Positions 56,567 to 64,000 of a stretch of DNA of 64,000 nt are shown here, piece by piece; within the stretch, counting starts at the first letter, position 1, and the number at the start of each line of letters is the position of its first letter. Location of the stretch: IMG/VR virus record IMGVR_UViG_3300032250_000289; one strand, written 5' to 3'. A program made the translations under genes and the position numbers. The notes beneath the pieces are model-generated. The model saw only the letters and a program-made list of their open reading frames with translations, was not told the DNA's origin and searched no databases. The stretch comes from an uncultured virus (IMG/VR IMGVR_UViG_3300032250_000289). Lineage: Duplodnaviria; Heunggongvirae; Uroviricota; Caudoviricetes.

Positions 56567-57257
56567 TTGTAAAGATTGTTTATTTGCAATTTATGATGGG
56601 AAAACACAGACTTCGTGTGCGGCCAATAGAATACAGCTTTTTGGCGATAATGTAATTGAAGCATTTGATGACGATAAAGAATTCTATGTTATTAATCGTT
56701 TTTGTAACTACTATAGAACAAAGGAGTGGAATGGTGGAGACGTTGATTTTAAGAAATTAAAACAAGAAACCGATATTCCATTTGATTTATTTATTGATGC
56801 AAAGAACATATCTTCTAGTGAATTAATACAATTATTATTCAACTTGAAGTATGATCAAGAAAAGATCAAAATATCACTTTTCTATCATATAGATCAGACT
56901 GTTGATATAGCTGAAATTCAAGAATTAATTAAGTTGACAAACTGTAGTGTAACGGCATGTGTCGATATTAATACTCATTTACACAATTCGGTTATACGGT
57001 CAAAAAATAATTACCATGCAGTATTGACCAATGATAGAAAATCTTGCATTTCTAATATAGACACTATAAATACTTTGATAAATAATGATTTAAAACAGGC
57101 TATTATCTTTAAGCTTGACGGCGTAGAATTTATATCAAATATAGCTTATAAACTTGAATCATTAATTAATAACTCAATATCCTATTGTGATAATTTAACC
57201 AGTTTGGAACAAAAATCACGACAAGAAAATATGTATATAGAAATTGGAAATGATTAA
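56532..57257 (+). CDS. hypothetical protein with Cys motif
   Basis: TSCKDCLFA..C..RFC. Confidence 0.6.
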   Translation: MKSQQQEKTQTSCKDCLFAIYDGKTQTSCAANRIQLFGDNVIEAFDDDKEFYVINRFCNYYRTKEWNGGDVDFKKLKQETDIPFDLFIDAKNISSSELIQLLFNLKYDQEKIKISLFYHIDQTVDIAEIQELIKLTNCSVTACVDINTHLHNSVIRSKNNYHAVLTNDRKSCISNIDTINTLINNDLKQAIIFKLDGVEFISNIAYKLESLINNSISYCDNLTSLEQKSRQENMYIEIGND

Positions 57258-57990
57258 TACTCAAAAATGTATAACATCACCAAAAGCTAAAAAGGATTAT
57301 AAACCACGCAATGACTTGGTGACTATAATATTGCTTTGCGACTGTCCCGGCTATAGAATGAAATCATACGGGCCACCATCTTTAATAAACATAGCAAATC
57401 ATAGGCTTATAGATATTCAGATAGATGCCATCAGTAAAACTTTTAAATATTATGAGATTATTTTATGCGTTGGGTTTGATGCTGAAAAAATATCAAAATA
57501 TGTAAGAAATAAGTACAATAATATTAATATTCGAATAGTCGAGAATCAGCTATACAATAGTTCTAATTCGTGTGAGAGCGCAAGGCTAGCACTAAATAAT
57601 ACTATAAATGATCAAATTTTGATCTGTGATGGAAACTTGCTAATAAACTCAGAAACGCTATCATTGGTTAACGATGAATATTCCACAGTAATTTTAGAAA
57701 GCAACCCGTGTTCTAATTTAGAGGTTGGGGTTAATGTGGATGAAAAAAATGAAGCACAGCATTTTTCTTTTGGTGCTAGTAATATATGGTCAGAAATTTT
57801 ATACTTAAATAATCAAGAAATCATTGAGTCTTTAAGAAGGATTATGTGTGGGGCAGATTATAAAAGTAGATTTATTTTCGAGGCATTGAACGAACTAATT
57901 AAAACCAAACACAAGTTAAAGTGCGTGAAAAACGAACACAGTATTAAAAAGATAAATAACGTAAAAACATACCATGCAATTACGAGGTAA
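57250..57990 (+). CDS. sugar-nucleotidyltransferase-like (LicC/MobA fold) protein
   Basis: PGYRMKSYGPPSL, ILCVGF, ENQLYNSSN, ICDGNL. Confidence 0.72.
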   Translation: MINTQKCITSPKAKKDYKPRNDLVTIILLCDCPGYRMKSYGPPSLINIANHRLIDIQIDAISKTFKYYEIILCVGFDAEKISKYVRNKYNNINIRIVENQLYNSSNSCESARLALNNTINDQILICDGNLLINSETLSLVNDEYSTVILESNPCSNLEVGVNVDEKNEAQHFSFGASNIWSEILYLNNQEIIESLRRIMCGADYKSRFIFEALNELIKTKHKLKCVKNEHSIKKINNVKTYHAITR

Positions 57991-57992
57991 TT

Positions 57993-58841
57993 ATGAGATT
58001 TTTGATTGATAATTATGCCAACAGTGAATCTACAGAGCCATACTATTTAAATGCAACTATTAATAATATAGACGGATGCGTTAGTCATTTATGGAATAGA
58101 AATCAAACAAGTGCATATGATATATTTGATATTGTAAAACCAGATATTTTTATTGCTCAAAAAGATCATATTTCTTTGGATGCTTTAAAGTATATGAATG
58201 AACACAAGAATATTGGTATGATAATTAACGTAACGGGGTTCAATAACAATGAACTACTTAACCTAGATAATATCATTCAACAAAATAACTTAAATGTTCC
58301 GTTTGTGTTTAATAATGGTGTTGAAAAGTTAAAATCAAACAAGATAAACGTTGTCAATATTTTAAATAGCGCTGATATATACCTGTTGGCAGTAGATAAA
58401 CTCGACTATAAAATTGATAAGGCTATTATAGTTCAGAAAAAGTCTCAAGTTGATTACAGCTACTCTGGTACATATCACTATCTATCTACTAATGAAGAAT
58501 TGGTTAAAGATGTGGATATTGTACAGCCAGTTATGAGAATACAGAATATATACGGAAATTATTCAGAAATTGTTTTTAAACCGTTTCATGATGTCATCCC
58601 GCAGATATTTTTTGATGCTATATTAAATCATAACAATGTTTCATATGAGTGCGACGGAACAGAAAAGTCTAAACTAATGAATGAAAAAATTCATTCTACT
58701 CTTGGTACAGATAAGTCTGAATGGCAAAGGAATGTAAAATCAAAACATACTTGTTTAAACAGGACTAAATCTTTACTGTCTCAGTTACCATGTAACGACA
58801 TGGTTTTAAAACTTGGTAAAATGATTGAGGAATACAAATGA
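57993..58841 (+). CDS. hypothetical protein (possibly GT-B-derived)
   Basis: VKPDIFI..KHTCLNR pattern. Confidence 0.55.
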   Translation: MRFLIDNYANSESTEPYYLNATINNIDGCVSHLWNRNQTSAYDIFDIVKPDIFIAQKDHISLDALKYMNEHKNIGMIINVTGFNNNELLNLDNIIQQNNLNVPFVFNNGVEKLKSNKINVVNILNSADIYLLAVDKLDYKIDKAIIVQKKSQVDYSYSGTYHYLSTNEELVKDVDIVQPVMRIQNIYGNYSEIVFKPFHDVIPQIFFDAILNHNNVSYECDGTEKSKLMNEKIHSTLGTDKSEWQRNVKSKHTCLNRTKSLLSQLPCNDMVLKLGKMIEEYK

Positions 58842-59578
58842 GCGTCACAGTAATATTAAACGGTTACAAAAGACCACACGTTCTAAAAGAACAGTATGAC
58901 GCAGTAATGGGTCAGACAGTTAAAAATATTAATACTATGTTTTGGTGCAACTACGACAAAGACTCTATGGATAAATTTCCAGATTCAGTTATTCAGTCTT
59001 GCGTATCATCCTTCTGTAATCACAATCTAGGAGTGTGGGCAAGGTTCTCATACGCTCTAAACGCTACCACGCAGTACGTTTGCGTAATGGATGATGACAC
59101 TATACCGGGAAGCAAATGGATTGAAAACTGTATAAATACAATGCAAACTCACCGTGGACTGCTTGGGTGTAGAGGGGTTAGAATGACGGGAAATGATTTT
59201 TCCAATTATCCCGGTTGTGAATATCAAAGTATTTCTGGTGGTAATGATAATGTTGAAATGGTAGATATAATGGGACACTGCTGGTTTTTTGAGAAAGATT
59301 GGCTAAGAGCTTATTGGGCAGAAATGCCAACTTCTTCTTTGACTCATGGCGGGGAAGATATGCATTTCTCATATATTATGCAGAAACATTTTGGATTAAA
59401 TACTTACGTACCGCCGCAACCAGCAAATGACAAAGAAATGTGGGGATCATTACATCCAAGTAAATATGGCGAGGATATGAACGCTACATCAAGAACAACA
59501 ACTGGACATATTCAAGCTAATGCTTACTGGAACTTTATTCTGTCTCAAGGATATAAACTAGTAAAGGATAGAACATGA
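58838..59578 (+). CDS. GT-A glycosyltransferase
   Basis: ILNGYKR, VMDDDTIPG, GEDMHFS. Confidence 0.8.
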   Translation: MSVTVILNGYKRPHVLKEQYDAVMGQTVKNINTMFWCNYDKDSMDKFPDSVIQSCVSSFCNHNLGVWARFSYALNATTQYVCVMDDDTIPGSKWIENCINTMQTHRGLLGCRGVRMTGNDFSNYPGCEYQSISGGNDNVEMVDIMGHCWFFEKDWLRAYWAEMPTSSLTHGGEDMHFSYIMQKHFGLNTYVPPQPANDKEMWGSLHPSKYGEDMNATSRTTTGHIQANAYWNFILSQGYKLVKDRT

Positions 59579-60597
59579 TATTATTTGCATTTGGCACTAG
59601 ACCAGAGTGGATTAAGATTAAGCCCATCATTGAAGAAATAAATGGTAAGATTCCTTATGAATTGCTATTTACTGGTCAGCATAGTAGTAGTTTCATTGAT
59701 AAGAGCATGGAGCAGTATAATGTGAGACTAATGGATATGAGCGAGAATCATGCACTAAATAATAGATTGGATTTTATTACTAATAGCATACTTTGTAGTG
59801 CTGATAAAATCTTTGAAAATAATCCTAAATATATTGTTGTGCAGGGCGATACAACTTCCGCTTTTGCTCTAGCCCTAGCTGCATTTCATAGAAAAATAAA
59901 GATAATTCACTTAGAGGCTGGATTAAGAACGTTCGACAAGGATAATCCATATCCAGAAGAATTTAATAGAATATCTATCGATGCTATAGCAGATATTCAT
60001 TTATGTCCTACTTCGCAATCAAAGCAAAATATACACCATATAGCCAGCCACGGAAGTCAACAGTTTATTGTTGGAAATACCGTGTTGGACAATCTAGCAT
60101 ATACAGAATCACGTATAGATGGTGATATGGTTTTGATTACGCTACACAGAAGAGAAAATCTTGATATTATGGATCAGTGGTTTAACGCTATTAACAAAGT
60201 AGCCGCTAATAATCCTAATACAAATTTCGTATTTCCTATGCACCCAAATCCAGCTATTCAAAAGCATAGAAACATACTTAGCAGTAAAAACATAAGTATC
60301 ATTGATCCATTATCACATGACGAGTGTGTAGATTACCTATCCAAATGTTCATTAGTTATTACTGATAGCGGTGGACTACAAGAAGAATCCTCATTCCTAA
60401 AAAAGAAATGTATTGTTTGTAGGGAAAAGACAGAGAGAACAGAAGGTGAATACATATTCTCACAGGTATGTTTTTCTCCATATAACCTAGAGTTCTTGTT
60501 TAATAACACGAAGAGAGAAATAGTCGATAAAGAATGTCCGTATGGTGATGGTCGAGCTAGCCAGAAAATACTATTTATATTAAGGAGTCTAATATGA
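59575..60597 (+). CDS. wecB: UDP-N-acetylglucosamine 2-epimerase
   Basis: GTRPE, TGQH, QGDT, HLEAGLR, PEEFNR, TLHRREN, TDSGGLQEE, PYGDG. Confidence 0.95.
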   Translation: MILFAFGTRPEWIKIKPIIEEINGKIPYELLFTGQHSSSFIDKSMEQYNVRLMDMSENHALNNRLDFITNSILCSADKIFENNPKYIVVQGDTTSAFALALAAFHRKIKIIHLEAGLRTFDKDNPYPEEFNRISIDAIADIHLCPTSQSKQNIHHIASHGSQQFIVGNTVLDNLAYTESRIDGDMVLITLHRRENLDIMDQWFNAINKVAANNPNTNFVFPMHPNPAIQKHRNILSSKNISIIDPLSHDECVDYLSKCSLVITDSGGLQEESSFLKKKCIVCREKTERTEGEYIFSQVCFSPYNLEFLFNNTKREIVDKECPYGDGRASQKILFILRSLI

Positions 60598-61202
60598 ATA
60601 TAAATCCTAATAATCTTGGTAGCTATAAAGTTCCCAAAGAAACAATTGGTGGAATATGTATAGATATAGGATGCAATGTTGGATGCTTTACAGAGAGATA
60701 TATCGATCATTTTAAACAATTTTATTGCTACGAACCTCTTAAGGACTGTTTCGATGTGTGTTATGAAAAATTCAAAAACTATGAGCATATCTCACTATAC
60801 AATTTAGCGGTTTATTCGCATTCTAATCTTATGATGGACTTACTATCACATAATAATAATGACAGTGGTTCTTCCGCTGTAAGCTCTGATATACTAAACG
60901 ACGAGTGGGAAAAAACTAATGTTGTACAATCTGTTAACACCATTTCTCTATTTGATATCTTGAATAATATTAAAGATTGGAATATTAGCTATTTAAAGTC
61001 AGACTGTGAAACGAGCGAATATCATATTTTTTTAGATCAAGATTTATCTAGAATAGAATTTATTGGAATGGAAATTCATTGGCAAATGGGTGAAAGCAAA
61101 CAAAATGAACTTATGAATCACATATTAAAAACGCATAATTTAGTAGATGGAATACAGCAATACGTACCAATGAATAAAGAAATTCTATTCCATAGGAGAT
61201 AA
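60594..61202 (+). CDS. FkbM-family methyltransferase
   Basis: IDIGCNVG, YEP, LKSDCETSEY, MEIH. Confidence 0.82.
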   Translation: MNINPNNLGSYKVPKETIGGICIDIGCNVGCFTERYIDHFKQFYCYEPLKDCFDVCYEKFKNYEHISLYNLAVYSHSNLMMDLLSHNNNDSGSSAVSSDILNDEWEKTNVVQSVNTISLFDILNNIKDWNISYLKSDCETSEYHIFLDQDLSRIEFIGMEIHWQMGESKQNELMNHILKTHNLVDGIQQYVPMNKEILFHRR

Positions 61203-61205
61203 TCA

Positions 61206-61946
61206 ATGATTCTGTCTAAATTGCCCAATAAGTCATTTAAACGAGACATAGTAGCTTTCTACGACAAGCTTATTACAGGGGAGAATTTTTCCTTCTCCAA
61301 ATATGCTGACGGTGAATGGGCTGTTATACAAAACCATCCAGTAAATAATGGTGAGTTTTGGTTTGATCCTAATAGCTTTGAAGATCAAAATAGAAGAAAA
61401 CACTTAATAGAATCATTTGAATACAAACACCCACAATATTATGTTGGAATATCCTGTCCATGTTGTCAGGGTAACGAAGTATTTGAAATGATGAAGCAGC
61501 AAAGTAATCAAGATGAAGATCATTTAACTTGGGCCAATTTATTTGTTAATAGCAACTATCAATACTATCTTAATAAGATTATGTCTGTATATGAAAAAAA
61601 GAAAATCATTCTTTATTGCCACTCTAGCAGTACCCTAGATTACTTGCCTTTTAAAGTTGATCATGTTTTTAAAATTGGCAGAAATGCTTGGAATACAAAT
61701 TGGAATATAATCGAAGATAGCAAGTACCTTATTTCCAATAGCAACATAAAAGACTATATATTTCTGTTTTGTTGCGGCCCATTTGGTAATATACTATGTC
61801 ATCAACTAACTCAGTTTTGTCCAGATAATACTTACTTAGACATTGGATCAACTTTGAATCCATTTTTACAATCTTCTGGTTTTGATAGACATTATTATAT
61901 GGGTGATAACGTGTTCTCAAGATTAACATGCTCATGGGGTAAATAA
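61206..61946 (+). CDS. GT-D-like (DUF1792) glycosyltransferase
   Basis: FSFSKYADGE, LFCCGPFG, YLDIGS. Confidence 0.65.
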   Translation: MILSKLPNKSFKRDIVAFYDKLITGENFSFSKYADGEWAVIQNHPVNNGEFWFDPNSFEDQNRRKHLIESFEYKHPQYYVGISCPCCQGNEVFEMMKQQSNQDEDHLTWANLFVNSNYQYYLNKIMSVYEKKKIILYCHSSSTLDYLPFKVDHVFKIGRNAWNTNWNIIEDSKYLISNSNIKDYIFLFCCGPFGNILCHQLTQFCPDNTYLDIGSTLNPFLQSSGFDRHYYMGDNVFSRLTCSWGK

Positions 61947-61947
61947 T

Positions 61948-62439
61948 ATGAACTTAGGAATATATGTTGATACTGTTGTTGATAATGAATTATTAGGACC
62001 AATATCCTTAATGCTAAACGAGGGATTGCAATCAAAAACATTATCAGATGCTAGTATTTTTTATGATGGAATAGGACACAATCCATACCCAGTAGTTTGT
62101 GGAATGTTTAATTCAACCGATATATGGAATTTTGATGGAAACTTAATAGCCACATCGTATACTACTTCTGAAAAAGCTCTTAATATAGTGAATAATTTTT
62201 CATTGTTTTATTATTACGGGTGGGAAAATTTTAAGAATACAATGGGCTTACTAAGGCTAGCTAATGATGATAGAGTCAGTATAGTGTGTAGAAGCGAACA
62301 AGATCATAAAGAACTATACAGGTTAACTGGAAAAAACAGCGTTGGTATTAGTGACAATTTTAACGATATATTAGACATTATTTCTAGGTGTAAAAATGGA
62401 CGATGCAAAAATAGTCGAAATGTATGTAGACAAGAATAA
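61948..62439 (+). CDS. hypothetical protein
   Basis: Coupled ORF at the end of the glycosylation cluster. Confidence 0.6.
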   Translation: MNLGIYVDTVVDNELLGPISLMLNEGLQSKTLSDASIFYDGIGHNPYPVVCGMFNSTDIWNFDGNLIATSYTTSEKALNIVNNFSLFYYYGWENFKNTMGLLRLANDDRVSIVCRSEQDHKELYRLTGKNSVGISDNFNDILDIISRCKNGRCKNSRNVCRQE

Positions 62440-63163
62440 AAGCACTTACGAGATTGCTGAATTCTGTCAAACATATCCGAATAAAATTAGACGTATTCTA
62501 TTAAAGAATAACGTTAATCTAAAAACTAAAAGCGAAGCTCAAAAGAACGCTATAGAGAGTGGGGCTTCTATACATCCAACTAGTGGAAAAACAAGAACTA
62601 AAGAAGAGAAACTAAAAATTAGTTCTGGTCTTAAAAAATATTGGGACGATATGAGCGATGAGTTATATGAGAACAGAATTAATCAGTCTAAAGATCGTTG
62701 GAAGAATATGTCGGATGTTGAGAAGAGCAACATGATGAGTGCTGCAATTAAAGCTATACAAATAGCTGGCAAAGAAGGGTCTAAGCTAGAGAAGTTTCTG
62801 AAAAATGAATTAAGTGTTGCTGGCTATTCTGTCGAAGCTCATAAAAAGGATTTGATCGCAAACCAAAATCTAGAGATCGATATGTACATTCCAGCGCTCA
62901 AGACTATCATAGAGATAGACGGTCCTTCACACTTTTTGCCGATTTGGGGTGAAGACAAACTACAAAAACAAATTAAATCTGATTTTCAAAAGAGTGGTCT
63001 AATATTAAATAAGGGAATGGTTATCATTAGAATCAAGAATATGTCTGATTCTGTATGTTTAGCAAGCCAAGAAAAATTGAGGCTTGACATTTTGAATCTT
63101 TTGAGTAGAATTGAAAAAGCGTTCCCCGGTAAAACAGAAAGGTATATTGAGATAGAAGTATGA
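62396..63163 (+). CDS. NUMOD3/HTH-containing Vsr-like homing endonuclease
   Basis: STYEIAE HTH; GKTRTKEEKLKIS (NUMOD3); SKLE..IDMYIP..IEIDGPSH. Confidence 0.75.
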   Translation: MDDAKIVEMYVDKNKSTYEIAEFCQTYPNKIRRILLKNNVNLKTKSEAQKNAIESGASIHPTSGKTRTKEEKLKISSGLKKYWDDMSDELYENRINQSKDRWKNMSDVEKSNMMSAAIKAIQIAGKEGSKLEKFLKNELSVAGYSVEAHKKDLIANQNLEIDMYIPALKTIIEIDGPSHFLPIWGEDKLQKQIKSDFQKSGLILNKGMVIIRIKNMSDSVCLASQEKLRLDILNLLSRIEKAFPGKTERYIEIEV

Positions 63164-63921
63164 ATACAAACGAAGAAGACTTGTTCGCCAACGTTCAGTT
63201 GCAGACCCCATCAAACACTAATACATCGGTAAAGAATATGATTGAATCAAGTGCCCCATCAATGCTATCAGTAGAGTGGCATGATTATGCTATGGGCTTA
63301 TTTGATTCATCAGAGCTTATCGATGGTCATCCTCTAGTGGCTGGACTAAGGCGTGTGTCAGAGCTTGTGCTTGGTCCAATTGTTTTTAGTGGGCCAACAC
63401 AGGTATTTCCAGTTCAACGAGAGGATCATCACGGTCGAGCTACCGTTATATTCTCAGTAGAATTTGCTAATGGTATGAGATATGCTGAAGTTGCTGACTC
63501 TTGGGAAGGTAATACTGACGATATGTTTTGTGCATATGCCGTCGCCATTGCTAGTACAAGAGCAGAAGCTAGAGCTTTGCGAAAGGCTTTAAAGATCAAG
63601 GGTGTCGCTGCCGAAGAACTAACTAAGAAGGATACAGCTAAGATTGTTAGAGAGATTTCTAATAACAAAGCTAGTAGCGATGGTGATTATAATGATCAGA
63701 GTCGCATGAGCGATGCCCAGTTTAATTTTATCGATGTAAAATGCAAGCAACTTAATATAGATGGTGCTAAGTTGTTTGGCTCATTTAATGTTAGTCCATC
63801 AAAGAAGGTTTCTAAGAAAATAGCAAGTGATATTATCGACAAATTGAATGATTATCAGCGTGATAAGAGTTCGATTGTAGAAGCATTATTAGGTTATCAA
63901 CAGGAGTGGCGTAACACATGA
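63160..63921 (+). CDS. Rad52/Erf-like single-strand annealing protein
   Basis: GLRRV, RATV, AIASTRAEARALRKAL..AAEEL, MSDAQ. Confidence 0.6.
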   Translation: MNTNEEDLFANVQLQTPSNTNTSVKNMIESSAPSMLSVEWHDYAMGLFDSSELIDGHPLVAGLRRVSELVLGPIVFSGPTQVFPVQREDHHGRATVIFSVEFANGMRYAEVADSWEGNTDDMFCAYAVAIASTRAEARALRKALKIKGVAAEELTKKDTAKIVREISNNKASSDGDYNDQSRMSDAQFNFIDVKCKQLNIDGAKLFGSFNVSPSKKVSKKIASDIIDKLNDYQRDKSSIVEALLGYQQEWRNT

Positions 63922-64000
63922 AGATTACATATACAACAAAGAATGGTAGAATCAGTGCGGAGATTGAGGGCGAGTCACAGAAAGACTTGTTTACTGAACT
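63918..64000 (+). CDS. partial hypothetical protein (5' end)
   Basis: ATG after CAGGAG; MKITYTTKNGRISAEIEGESQKDLFTE runs off the window. Confidence 0.55.
   Translation, partial: MKITYTTKNGRISAEIEGESQKDLFTE

Overview
This 64-kb window is a gene-dense, AT-rich segment of a large tailed dsDNA bacteriophage, read in the standard genetic code with almost every gene on the + strand. It contains: (i) an RNA cluster (a tmRNA, a tRNA-Ser with a rare ACT anticodon, and a D-arm-less 9/3-fold tRNA-like gene with a TCT anticodon) among small secreted proteins and HNH nucleases; (ii) sigma70-promoter-driven genes including thyX, rIIA/rIIB, guaC, dCMP deaminase and ssb; (iii) a phage sigma factor followed by a putative late module (PAS-domain membrane protein, holin-like protein, papain-like peptidase, tail-fibre/adhesin genes with poly-Thr linkers, sulfotransferase-like protein); (iv) nrdAB, dut, phoH, recA, dnaB, dnaG, a dNMP kinase and a Cas4-like nuclease; (v) a DnaE polymerase split into two intein-free genes, with two homing-type endonucleases and a DnaQ-like exonuclease between them; (vi) a large glycosylation cluster (about 10 glycosyltransferases in the window, wecB, FkbM methyltransferase). 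A Planctomycetota-like host is a tentative inference. The most unusual signals are the atypical AGN-box tRNAs alongside complete AGA avoidance in rIIA/rIIB, the intein-free split DnaE, a GTGTAT-core putative late promoter, and a possible fibre O-glycosylation system. All calls come from motif reading by eye; no database searches were run.
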